25,511 nt of DNA from positions 1-25,511 of IMG/VR virus record IMGVR_UViG_3300044267_002889, one strand, 5' to 3'. Numbering within the stretch: position 1 is the stretch's first letter; each line of letters starts with the position of its first letter. The translations under genes were made by a program, and so were the position numbers. The notes below the pieces were generated by a model that saw only the letters and a program-made list of their open reading frames with translations, ran no database searches and was not told where the DNA came from. This DNA comes from a virus (taxonomy: Duplodnaviria > Caudoviricetes). Shown here one piece after another: positions 8,406 through 17,796 of the stretch.

Positions 8406-9272
8406 ATGGACCTTGGCAGGTTAGTGGGGAATACCCCTTTGATTAAACTTGGTGATAGATTGTATGCGAAGTTTGAAACATACAATCCAAGTGGAAGCAT
8501 TAAGGATAGAATAGGATATTATATTCTTAAGAAAGCAGAGGAAAGGGGAGACCTACAACCGGGCGACACCATTGTTGAAGCTACTAGTGGCAACACTGGC
8601 ATTGCTGTCTCTATGTTTGGAGCCAACAAGGGATATCCAGTTATTATTGTAATGCCCTCTAACATGAGCGAAGAGCGCAAGCAGATGATGCGTATGTTCG
8701 GAGCAGAAGTTATAGAAACAGATCCCGGTGACTTTGACGGCTCAATCGGTCTTAGAGATAAGATCTGTAAAGACCCCGGCTACTTCAACTTCAACCAGTT
8801 TCACAACCCAGACAACATCGCCTGCCACTACAAAACCACAGGTGTTGAGATACTAGAGCAGACCAAGGGCTTGCCAGTCGCCGCATTTCTAGACGGCACA
8901 GGCACAGGTGGAACTCTAATGGGAGTTTCAGCCAGACTAAAAGAGAGATACCCCAATATTAAAACCCTAGCTATAGAGCCAGCAGAGTCTCCTGTGATGA
9001 GTGGCGGGGAGCCGGGATTACATGGTATCCAAGGAATCGGAGATGGCTCAAAGTTTTTAGTTGACTTGGACAAAGTAGATGAGGTATTATTGGTAAAGAC
9101 CGATGACGCCATTGAAAGAATGAAACAACTCCACCAAAGAGGATTACTCGTGGGTATAAGTTCGGGAGCAAATGTGTTAGCATCGGAAAGATGGGTCGAA
9201 GAAAATGATCCAGATGGAATAGTTGTAACAATACTTTGTGATAGAGGCGAACGATACCTTTCATGCGTGTAA
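8406..9272 (+). CDS. cysK: Cysteine synthase (PLP-dependent, CysK/CysM family)
   Basis: VGNTPLI, PLP-lysine motif NPSGSIKDRIG, EATSGNTG, NQF.NPDN, GTGTGGT, HGIQGIG, GISSGAN, D.GERYLS. Confidence 0.93.
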   Translation: MDLGRLVGNTPLIKLGDRLYAKFETYNPSGSIKDRIGYYILKKAEERGDLQPGDTIVEATSGNTGIAVSMFGANKGYPVIIVMPSNMSEERKQMMRMFGAEVIETDPGDFDGSIGLRDKICKDPGYFNFNQFHNPDNIACHYKTTGVEILEQTKGLPVAAFLDGTGTGGTLMGVSARLKERYPNIKTLAIEPAESPVMSGGEPGLHGIQGIGDGSKFLVDLDKVDEVLLVKTDDAIERMKQLHQRGLLVGISSGANVLASERWVEENDPDGIVVTILCDRGERYLSCV

Positions 9273-10141
9273 GACATTTAGCTGGCGTTGTACCCACAGC
9301 AGGACAACCCCTTGATTTTAATTTCCCTTGGCACGACTGCCTACAGCCAATCGGACCAGACTACTTAGCAGTAGAACGAGCAGTCCTAGAGTGTGCTTGG
9401 GCTGGTTGCGATACTATCTGGGTTGTGTGTCATGACGACATGCAGCCACTAATCAGGCACAGGCTAGGCGAGTATGTGGAAGACCCAGTATACATCAACC
9501 GCAAGTATGACTCAGGAAACATTGGCGACAACAAAAGACAAATACCAATCTACTATGTGCCAATCCATCCCAAGGACAGAGACAGGAGAGACTGCCTAGC
9601 GTGGAGCGTGTTGTATGGAGCAAACACAGCCCACTACATCAGCAAGAACATAAGCAAGTGGACCATACCAGACAAGTTCTATACTGCCTTCCCCTACGGC
9701 GTTTATGATGTAAAGTTTCTACGAGAGCATAGAAAAACAATCTTAAACGAAGAAGGTTTCTTTGTCAGTTTCAACGGCGAGACAGTCAAGGACGGACACT
9801 ATCTTGGCTTCTGCTTCACACCAGAGGAGTTCAAAGAATACAGGCGACACCTACGCACTACATCTACAGGCGGCTACGAACCAGCCGAGCCGGGAGAATT
9901 CCCAACAGACAAGCTGCCACTAGAAGAAAGATACTCCGCCAGATTTTTTTCTCTTGACAAAGTGTTTGGAATAGGAGATACTAGTGGAGCAAATGTCGCC
10001 TGTGTTTACGACTACTATAATATTGATAGTTGGGAAGGGCTAAGAGATTACTTAGGCTCAGACCATAGAATATACAGGCACAATACTTTATTGACAGGGA
10101 AGACTTTTAATAGGATAGGAGAGGATATTGAAGAAGAGTAG
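9263..10141 (+). CDS. Divergent nucleotidyltransferase-like (GT-A / NTP_transferase fold) protein
   Basis: GVVPTAG...P...LQPIG....VERAV.E...AGCDTIWVV echoes the sugar-phosphate nucleotidyltransferase N-terminus; C-terminal YYNIDSWEG matches the usual W.D.G position; canonical GxGTR is absent. Confidence 0.6.
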   Translation: MRVRHLAGVVPTAGQPLDFNFPWHDCLQPIGPDYLAVERAVLECAWAGCDTIWVVCHDDMQPLIRHRLGEYVEDPVYINRKYDSGNIGDNKRQIPIYYVPIHPKDRDRRDCLAWSVLYGANTAHYISKNISKWTIPDKFYTAFPYGVYDVKFLREHRKTILNEEGFFVSFNGETVKDGHYLGFCFTPEEFKEYRRHLRTTSTGGYEPAEPGEFPTDKLPLEERYSARFFSLDKVFGIGDTSGANVACVYDYYNIDSWEGLRDYLGSDHRIYRHNTLLTGKTFNRIGEDIEEE

Positions 10142-13100
10142 TATACCATTCGTAGGATTACACGCCCACTCAGTAGCAGGTTCGCCTTTTGATGCGCTCG
10201 GCTACCCACAAGACCACATGGACTATGCCTATGAGAATGGCTGCGAGGCTCTAGCCTTGACAGACCACGGCAACATGAATGGTATGGCATACCAAGTCCT
10301 ACATGCTAAGAAGATGAAAGCAGAGGGTAAGGACTTCAAGCCTATCTTTGGTGTGGAAGCTTACTTCATCCCCAGCCTTGAGGCTTGGAACCAAGAGCGA
10401 GACAAGGCTAAGGAAGATAAGAAAAGAGCCAGCGAACTCAAAGACAGCACAACCATGTCCGTTGAGAATGAAGCCGAGACTAAAAGGTCCAAGAGCATTC
10501 TAAACCAACGCTCGCACCTTATCCTTCTAGCCCAGAATCAGACAGGGCTAAATAATATCTTTGCTATGATCTCAAAGTCGAACTCAGACGAATACTTCTT
10601 TCGGTATCCACGAGTAGATTACGAGGTGCTGAAGGAACATAGCGAAGGCGTCATCGCTGCCTCTGCTTGCATGGGCGGTGTATACGCAGCCAACTTCTGG
10701 AAGTTCTGGGACAACGAGAATGAATGTATCACCGACCGAGGGGAATGCGAGGATGCGTTTAGGGATACAACCAAGAGAATGGTTGACATCTTTGGTGACC
10801 GCTGGTACGGCGAACTCCAATGGCACACTGACAAGAAGCAGCATATGATTAATAAGTTAGTCATCCAGATGCACAAGGAGTTTGGAATCAAACTAATCTC
10901 CACAGCAGACAGCCACTACCCAAACCCAGAGACTTGGAAGGATAGAGAACTCTACAAGAGGCTAGGGTTTCTAGGCAAAGGCAAGCCATCTTGGTTATCG
11001 GATGAACTACCAGAGAGCGTAGCGGAAGTTGGCTATGAACTTTATCCAAAGAACGGCGACCAGATGTGGGAAAGCTACAAACACTACACAGAACTCAACG
11101 GAGTAGAGTATGACGATGACTTGGTTATGGATTCTATCACAGAGACGCACAACATAGCATTTAAACGCATTGAAGATTTTATGCCGGATAACGAGGTAAG
11201 GCTGCCTTCCTTTGTTGTCCCTGATGGACACACGGCTGATGCTGCACTAGAGACAATTAGCCTAGAAAGCCTCAATAAACTTGGGCTGTTAGACAACTCT
11301 GTGTACCGTGAGAGGCTAGAAGAAGAACTCTCTGTTATTTCTGATCGAGGGTTTAGCAAATACTTCCTTACAATGAAAGCCATCGCTGACACAGCAACAG
11401 AGAATCAATTAGCTGGTCCCGGTCGTGGCTCTGCTGCTGGCTCCCTTGTGGCATATACGTTGGGAATTACACAGGTAGACCCAATCAAATACGGATTGCA
11501 GTTTGCTCGCTTTCTTCGCAAGGACGCGACCGACTACCCTGATATTGATTATGATGTATCCAGCCCTATGGAACTCAAAGAGATTATGCAGGACAAGTGG
11601 GGGCACACAACTGTTGTGCCTATCTCCAACTTTAATACCCTGCAACTGAAGTCTCTGGTCAAGGACATCTCCAAGCTGTACGACATCCCGTTTGCGGAGG
11701 CGAATTCGGTTACATCTCGTATGGTAAGTGAGGCTACACCCAAGGCTAAAGCCAAGCATGGTATCAAATCTGGTGTATACATACCCACCTTTGAAGAGTT
11801 AATGGAGTTCTCTGACAGCCTACAAAACTACTTGCAGAAGTACCCACACATCAAGGACCACATTAAAGTCATCTACGGTCAAGTGCGGAGCACAAGCCGT
11901 CATGCTGGTGGAGTGGTGGTTGGCGAAGACCTAGACAAACACATGCCCCTGATTAGAAGTGGAGGCGTAATTCAGACACCATGGTCCGAAGGGCAGAACG
12001 TTCGCCACCTAGAACCACTAGGCTTTATTAAGTTTGATGTGCTGGGGCTAGCCTCGTTGCGTATGATTGAGACAGCTATCCGCCACATCCTCAAGCGCCA
12101 CCATAATAACCCAGAGCCAACCTTTAAGGATGTGCGAGACTACTATGATGAATACCTCCACCCAGATAAGATTGACCTGAAAGATTCTAAGGTTTATAAA
12201 AACATCTTTCACAAAGGCAAGTGGGCTGGCATCTTCCAGTTCACAGAGAGTGGGGCACAGAACTTCTGTAAGAAGGCAAAGCCTAAGAATATTATTGACA
12301 TCTCAGCTATTACTAGTATCTACCGTCCGGGTCCTCTCGGTGCCAATGTAGACAGGAAGTATGTGAAGTCAAAGGAAAACCCCCGAGACATCAACTATAT
12401 CAACAAGCAGGTTAAAGATGTAACCAAGGAGACCTATGGCTTCCTTATCTTCCAAGAGCAGATCGCCTCTTTGGCACACGAACTTGGGGAAGGCATTAGC
12501 CTAGACGAGGGCAACCTGCTCCGTAAGTTGCTGACAAAGAAGGGAACTGGCAAGGGAGCGCAAGAGAAAGAGAAGATCCGCAAGAAGTTTGTGAAGGGCT
12601 GTGTCAACAAGAAGATGACAGAGGACCAAGCGGCAGAACTGTGGAACAACTTCGAGTACTTCTCTGGCTACGGCTTCAACAAGTCACACGCTGTGTCCTA
12701 TTCCATTCTATCGTTCCAATGCGCTTGGCTGCTTAACTACTACCGGGCAGAATGGATGGCAGCGTTCCTTGACAAAGAGCCCGATAGTAGAAAAGAAAAA
12801 GCCATTGGCATTGCCAAGAGTATGAACTTTAAGATTGAGCCTTTGAATGTCAATACCTCTGGTAAAGTGTGGGAAATTAGCGACGATGGCAAGACACTCA
12901 TCCAGCCCCTGACTTCTATCAAAGGGCTTGGTGGTTCTGCGATGGATCAAATCCTAATGCACCGACCCTTCAACACGATTGAAGATTTCTTATTCCACGA
13001 GGAAGTTGTGTATTCTAAACTCAACAAGAAAGCCCTTGATGTTCTCTGTAGGTCAGGAGCACTCAAGTCTTTACAGGATAACAGGTTTACAGGAGCAAAA

Positions 13101-13562
13101 CATTTCTGGTCTTCTGTTGCAGTTGACAGACCAAGGAAGAAACAACACCTACTAGATAACATAAAGACCTATGCAGAAGAGGGCGACTTCTCAACAGAGG
13201 AGAGGATCCAGTATTTGACAGACTTGACAGGGATGTTCCCAATCAACCTAGTTGTTAAGGAAGATACACTAGCGCAACTAAGTGAGCATGGCGTACCAGC
13301 TATCTCTGAGTATGATAAGGAGTTGGGATTGGTATGGTTTATTCCTCGCAAGGTCACAATTAAGAAAACCAAGAACGATAAATCGTACTATGTCTTGGAG
13401 GTCATCGACGACAACAACGTAATCACAACGATTAGATGTTGGGGTGTCAAGCCAGAGAAAGACCATGTGCAAGTCAATCGACCCTACATGGCTAAACTAG
13501 ATTACAACGATCAGTGGGGCTTTTCCACTCGCTCTATGTATCATAACTTCCGTGTGCTGTAG
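10128..13562 (+). CDS. dnaE: DNA polymerase III alpha subunit (family C, with PHP domain)
   Basis: LHAHS, LTDHG, GVEAY, SACMGG, ADSHY, GRGSAAGSLVAY, PDIDYD, HAGG, KFDVLGL, FQEQ, YGFNKSHA; TTG start is approximate. Confidence 0.96.
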   Translation: MKKSSIPFVGLHAHSVAGSPFDALGYPQDHMDYAYENGCEALALTDHGNMNGMAYQVLHAKKMKAEGKDFKPIFGVEAYFIPSLEAWNQERDKAKEDKKRASELKDSTTMSVENEAETKRSKSILNQRSHLILLAQNQTGLNNIFAMISKSNSDEYFFRYPRVDYEVLKEHSEGVIAASACMGGVYAANFWKFWDNENECITDRGECEDAFRDTTKRMVDIFGDRWYGELQWHTDKKQHMINKLVIQMHKEFGIKLISTADSHYPNPETWKDRELYKRLGFLGKGKPSWLSDELPESVAEVGYELYPKNGDQMWESYKHYTELNGVEYDDDLVMDSITETHNIAFKRIEDFMPDNEVRLPSFVVPDGHTADAALETISLESLNKLGLLDNSVYRERLEEELSVISDRGFSKYFLTMKAIADTATENQLAGPGRGSAAGSLVAYTLGITQVDPIKYGLQFARFLRKDATDYPDIDYDVSSPMELKEIMQDKWGHTTVVPISNFNTLQLKSLVKDISKLYDIPFAEANSVTSRMVSEATPKAKAKHGIKSGVYIPTFEELMEFSDSLQNYLQKYPHIKDHIKVIYGQVRSTSRHAGGVVVGEDLDKHMPLIRSGGVIQTPWSEGQNVRHLEPLGFIKFDVLGLASLRMIETAIRHILKRHHNNPEPTFKDVRDYYDEYLHPDKIDLKDSKVYKNIFHKGKWAGIFQFTESGAQNFCKKAKPKNIIDISAITSIYRPGPLGANVDRKYVKSKENPRDINYINKQVKDVTKETYGFLIFQEQIASLAHELGEGISLDEGNLLRKLLTKKGTGKGAQEKEKIRKKFVKGCVNKKMTEDQAAELWNNFEYFSGYGFNKSHAVSYSILSFQCAWLLNYYRAEWMAAFLDKEPDSRKEKAIGIAKSMNFKIEPLNVNTSGKVWEISDDGKTLIQPLTSIKGLGGSAMDQILMHRPFNTIEDFLFHEEVVYSKLNKKALDVLCRSGALKSLQDNRFTGAKHFWSSVAVDRPRKKQHLLDNIKTYAEEGDFSTEERIQYLTDLTGMFPINLVVKEDTLAQLSEHGVPAISEYDKELGLVWFIPRKVTIKKTKNDKSYYVLEVIDDNNVITTIRCWGVKPEKDHVQVNRPYMAKLDYNDQWGFSTRSMYHNFRVL

Positions 13563-14476
13563 TGAACCCACAAGATAGATTTAAAGACTACCAAGGCGAC
13601 AAGTGTTGGCAAGCCTACATCTCCGAAGTCAATCGGAATGGGGACTTGCTGGCTGCTAACCTAACAGAAGAAGAAGCATCAATGTTACGAACAAGTGACT
13701 TTGTGTTTGAGTATGTTGATAAGGAAGACAAGCAACTATGTAAAGAGGTAAAAGAGTTTATTATGCGACACGAGTGGCTAGCTAAACTCCCCAACCGACC
13801 GACACATAGGTTTACAGCGAGGCTTAAGAAAAATGGAATCTTGGCAGGCACTATCATTATGGCAACCCCAAATGCGTTTTCTAACCTTTTGGGCAAAGAA
13901 AACAAAGACAAAGAGAAACTAATCTCTCGTGGTGCTTGTATCTCTTGGGGTCCAAAGAACCTTGGCTCTTGGTTGATTATGTCTTCAGTCCGTTGGATGG
14001 CTGACAACACAGACTTCCGATACTTCACAGCTTACTCTGACCCAGAGGCTAAGGAGCTAGGGACAATCTACCAAGCCTGCAACTTCCAATACCTCGGGCA
14101 AACAAGTGGCACAGACAAACAATACCTAGACACAGACCACCCGGAGAAGGGCTGGTTTAGTGGGCGAGAGTTTAGAAAGAAATCTAAATACTACCGCTAT
14201 GCAGAAGCCATCGGCATAGACAAAGAAACTTGGCGAGGCTGGATGAAGAAGTATTCCCCAGACTGGACCCTTGTTCCACCAGACATTAAAATTAAAATCA
14301 AAGCAGAAGAGAAGAGATACAGAGACAGTTGCAAGTCTAGACCTGTGCCAGCAAAGCATAAGTATGTCTGCATCTTGGGTCCTTCTTCGGGCGAGACTAA
14401 GTATTATAAGAGACTATTTAAAAAGTTGAACCCGAAGAAAGTCAACTTACCATACCCAAGGGAGCGAGGCAAATGA
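13562..14476 (+). CDS. Mom-like (GNAT-fold) DNA base-modification protein
   Basis: FIMRHEWL, GTII..TP, LISR.....GPKNLGSWLI..S, FTAYSDP....GTIYQACNFQYLG, KHKYV match the Mu Mom family pattern; 1-nt overlap with the dnaE stop (TAG/GTG). Confidence 0.75.
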   Translation: MNPQDRFKDYQGDKCWQAYISEVNRNGDLLAANLTEEEASMLRTSDFVFEYVDKEDKQLCKEVKEFIMRHEWLAKLPNRPTHRFTARLKKNGILAGTIIMATPNAFSNLLGKENKDKEKLISRGACISWGPKNLGSWLIMSSVRWMADNTDFRYFTAYSDPEAKELGTIYQACNFQYLGQTSGTDKQYLDTDHPEKGWFSGREFRKKSKYYRYAEAIGIDKETWRGWMKKYSPDWTLVPPDIKIKIKAEEKRYRDSCKSRPVPAKHKYVCILGPSSGETKYYKRLFKKLNPKKVNLPYPRERGK

Positions 14477-15111
14477 GAAAGCACGAAGACGAAGCACTGG
14501 AGTTTATACATAGATTGAGACAAGTATACCAAGACAAAGGCTATGCTTTCTTTGAAAAGGGTGACTACAATCTGAACATCATAGGCATCCGTAATCAGTC
14601 AGGTAAAGCAGACATGTTTGACGACTGGATCTGCTTGACATATAAGATTAATAATAAGTGGGTGGTGGACACATACGCAGCCACAACAGAACCCGGCACC
14701 AGCATTCTGAAGAAGCCTATTGTTAAAGGCGGGACAGCCATTCTAATCCCCGGTCAATATCGTGGCGTCTACAAGATCGGCACCCACGGAGGCAAGCGCA
14801 GGTATACAGCACTCTGTCAGCGTTTAGGCAAGGTCAAGATATGGCGAGACGACAACCGAGATAGGACACCGGACTATGAAGGCAAAGTCCATGAGGGTAT
14901 GTATGGTATCAACATCCACCGACAATGGGGATCAGACGATAGAGAATACACAGGCGGCGTATCAGCAGGTTGCCAAGTGTTTAGAAGTAGCAAAGACTTC
15001 TACGAGTTTATGGAGATCTGCCATGTTGCTGCTGAGATGTATGCTAACAGTTTTACCTACACATTAATAAATAACGATGATATTGAAAAAACACTTGACA
15101 TGTGTGTTTAA
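14473..15111 (+). CDS. L,D-transpeptidase (YkuD)-like Cys/His cell-wall enzyme, possible lysin
   Basis: GINIHR...SAGCQV matches the HxnSxGC catalytic motif; also NIIGIR, FDD, ATTEPG, PGQY. Confidence 0.6.
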   Translation: MRKHEDEALEFIHRLRQVYQDKGYAFFEKGDYNLNIIGIRNQSGKADMFDDWICLTYKINNKWVVDTYAATTEPGTSILKKPIVKGGTAILIPGQYRGVYKIGTHGGKRRYTALCQRLGKVKIWRDDNRDRTPDYEGKVHEGMYGINIHRQWGSDDREYTGGVSAGCQVFRSSKDFYEFMEICHVAAEMYANSFTYTLINNDDIEKTLDMCV

Positions 15112-15123
15112 CCATTATATAAT
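15095..15123 (+). promoter_or_regulatory. Perfect-consensus sigma70 promoter
   Basis: TTGACA (15095-15100), 17 nt, TATAAT (15118-15123); upstream of the AAGGAG RBS of uvsE. Confidence 0.9.
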
Positions 15124-15152
15124 CTATCCATAACCTTTGCAAAGGAGATAGT

Positions 15153-16070
15153 GTGAATAATATTGGTTATGCATGTATCAATATGGAGTTGTCTGAACAG
15201 CCAAAGTCTAAGCGCGTGACTACTAATAGATCTATGATTAAACGCACCTTCCAAGAGAAGGGCGTTGCATACGCTTCTGAACTGGCGTTGGCAAACTGCC
15301 GTGACCTTCTCACTATCTTGAAGTGGAACGAGGCACACGGGTTCAGGTTCTTTCGTTTATCGTCTGACCTGTTCCCGTGGGCTTCCGAGTATAAGATATC
15401 TGACCTACCAGACTTTGACGACATCTGTTTGGCTCTACAGGAGGCTGGCGATTATGTCGAGGACCACGGTCACCGTATCACATCCCACCCCGGACCATTC
15501 AACAAATTGACCTCGCCAAGGGAAGAAGTAATCCAAAACACTATCCGTGACTTGGAGACACACGGCGAGGTGTTTGACATGCTTGGCTTGTCTCGCACAC
15601 CATACAATAAACTAAACATTCATGTTGGTGCTCACTACAATGACAAGCCCATGGCTATTGCTAACTTCAACAAGAACTTCCACAGACTATCAGATGCAGT
15701 CAAGTCTCGGCTTACAGTAGAGAACGATGACAAGGCTTCTCTATACTCTACCAAGGAACTATACGACAGCGTATACCAAGAGATTGGCATTCCTATTGTC
15801 CACGATATCCACCACCACTTATTCTGCACAGGTGGGCTAGACCAAGAGGAAGCCATGATTACTGCTGCCCTGACTTGGGGTGGCATTACACCAGTTGTCC
15901 ACTACAGCGAGAGCAGACCAGAAGAGCAGAACGATCCCAAGATTAAACCACAGGCTCACTCTGATTACATCTACAAGAAGATTGAAACCTATGGGCTAGA
16001 TGTAGATGTGATGGTGGAAGCCAAAGCAAAAGAACGAGCAGTCCAACGCTACAAGGAGTTGTGGGCATGA
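15153..16070 (+). CDS. uvsE: UV-damage endonuclease (UVDE)
   Basis: IGYACIN, FFRLSSDLFP, RITSHPG, IHVG, RLTVENDD, HDIHHH, HYSES, AHSDY, VMVEAKAKE. Confidence 0.95.
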   Translation: MNNIGYACINMELSEQPKSKRVTTNRSMIKRTFQEKGVAYASELALANCRDLLTILKWNEAHGFRFFRLSSDLFPWASEYKISDLPDFDDICLALQEAGDYVEDHGHRITSHPGPFNKLTSPREEVIQNTIRDLETHGEVFDMLGLSRTPYNKLNIHVGAHYNDKPMAIANFNKNFHRLSDAVKSRLTVENDDKASLYSTKELYDSVYQEIGIPIVHDIHHHLFCTGGLDQEEAMITAALTWGGITPVVHYSESRPEEQNDPKIKPQAHSDYIYKKIETYGLDVDVMVEAKAKERAVQRYKELWA

Positions 16071-16687
16071 AAAAGATTAGACTATGGAAAAATAAAGACG
16101 AGTTGTCAGACAAATGCACCCTTGTAGATGATGAAGACTACGAGAGGATTGTTGAAGCAAAAGACAAGCGGGGTAGACCAAAGAAATGGTATTGTCACAA
16201 TAACGCTGGCGCTTGCTCTGACTATGCCATGAGTGGCAGCCGAAGGGATTCCATTCACAGACTTGTAATGGGAAATCCAAAGGGGATGTGCGTTGACCAC
16301 ATCAATGGAGATACCCTTGATAACAGAAAGGAAAACTTGAGAGTTTGTACTCGATCACAAAACTCTCAGAACCAAAGGCTAAAATCACATAGCAAATCTG
16401 GTTATAAGGGTGTGCATGAAAGAAACTATCCTATCCGCAGAAAGTATGTAAGCAAGAAAACGGGCAAAGTAACATACCATGAGAATATACTAAAGAAAAG
16501 GTTTATGGCTTACATCGGATCTGGTATACCAAATACCCCCAGTATCAAGCTGGGTCACTACGCAACAGCAGAAGAAGCAGCAGAAGCGCGAGATAAAAAA
16601 GCACTTGAAATCCACGGTGAATATGCTAGACTAAACTTCCCAGACAAGCGGAGGCAATACTTGGAAGAAATCAATAGGAGTAAATAA
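16067..16687 (+). mobile_element. Free-standing HNH-AP2 homing endonuclease gene
   Basis: IHRLVM...VDHINGDTLDNRKENLR...N..N (HNH), SGYKGV, LGHY.T.EEAA.A.D..A...HGEYARLNFP (AP2); ATGA overlap with the uvsE stop. Confidence 0.88.
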
Positions 16688-17157
16688 TGAACTTAAAGTT
16701 TTATAAGTTAAGAACAAACGCTAAACTACCTGTGCGAGCACACAGGACAGACGCAGGCATGGACTTATTCTACTGCCCCAACGGCAACCGTGGCACCTGT
16801 ACGGAAGACAACGGCGATTACTGGATTCCAGCAAGAGGGAGCAGTCTCGTCTCGACGGGGTTAAAAACAGAAATCCCAGAGGGGTACATGCTGGAAGTTA
16901 AGAACAAGTCAGGCATTGCATCTAAGCGACAACTAGTTGTAGGTGCTTGTGTTGTTGATCCCGGCTATGACGGCGAGATCTATGTCAACCTACACAACAT
17001 CGGCGTGTCTACACAGATTATTAAGCCGGGAGACAAGATCGCTCAGGCTGTCCTTGTGCCAGTTGTCCATTGCGGTATTGAGGAAGCGACAGAAGATAAT
17101 CTCAATAATGGCTCTACTCGTGGCGAGGGCGGCTTTGGGTCTACAGGTGACCGATAA
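16687..17157 (+). CDS. dut: Trimeric dUTPase
   Basis: DAGMDL, TGL..EIP.GY, KSG, VDPGYDGEI, GDKIAQ, RGEGGFGSTG. Confidence 0.95.
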   Translation: MNLKFYKLRTNAKLPVRAHRTDAGMDLFYCPNGNRGTCTEDNGDYWIPARGSSLVSTGLKTEIPEGYMLEVKNKSGIASKRQLVVGACVVDPGYDGEIYVNLHNIGVSTQIIKPGDKIAQAVLVPVVHCGIEEATEDNLNNGSTRGEGGFGSTGDR

Positions 17158-17444
17158 TGGGCAAACTATCCAAGAAGTTAGGCAGAAAAAAGCAACTTGA
17201 TGCAAAGAAAGCAGCAGAGGACAAACTCGTTCGCCAAGCAGGTATGTTTAGTTTGCGCCCTGATTCTTGCTCAGTATGCTCAAAACCATTTGACAAGAAT
17301 AGTAGAGAGATGGCAATGACTTGGCGTGTAATCGTCAGCGAAGAAAAGAAGAAAGTAACCCTAATCTGCCCTGAGTGTCAAGAAAAGATTGACGAGGGCA
17401 TAGATAAAATGTTTGGAGGCAACGATGACGAAGCAGGAGTTTAA
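17157..17444 (+). CDS. Small putative zinc-finger protein
   Basis: CSVC...CPEC Cys pairs, basic N-terminus; coupled to dut. Confidence 0.65.
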   Translation: MGKLSKKLGRKKQLDAKKAAEDKLVRQAGMFSLRPDSCSVCSKPFDKNSREMAMTWRVIVSEEKKKVTLICPECQEKIDEGIDKMFGGNDDEAGV

Positions 17445-17796
17445 GCAGTTCTGCATTGACAACAACCTACGCTATAAGAAAGATGGTTGTGGTGACCCAA
17501 TCAGCCCAAGTAGAAAAGGATTGAAGACAGACCAGATCTATTGGACTGGTGAAGAAGAGCTTGGCATTTATGCCGAGAGAGAAACACAGAAGAAGTTTAC
17601 TTTTTTGAAGCAAAAGCTAGTAAGAGAGTATGGTCTTCGCCTTAACCAAGACGGAGACACTGACGCTACATTCTATGCAACTAAAGAGCAAGCGCTAAAG
17701 GTAGCCTCTTTTCTTGGGTGCGCCAAGAATGCAGTATCTCAAGAGACAAGAGACAAAATGAGCAGACTTTTAAAAGAGAGGTTACACAATGGTTAA
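17425..17796 (+). CDS. Hypothetical protein with a C-terminal NUMOD3-like motif
   Basis: GGAGG RBS (17415-17419) favours ATG 17425; ends VSQETRDKMS. Confidence 0.6.
   Translation: MTKQEFKQFCIDNNLRYKKDGCGDPISPSRKGLKTDQIYWTGEEELGIYAERETQKKFTFLKQKLVREYGLRLNQDGDTDATFYATKEQALKVASFLGCAKNAVSQETRDKMSRLLKERLHNG

Noticed and set aside
9954-9982. Internal promoter candidate TTGACA-17-GATACT upstream of dnaE
   Set aside because: It lies inside a coding region and the -10 lacks the conserved first T; plausible but not supportable.
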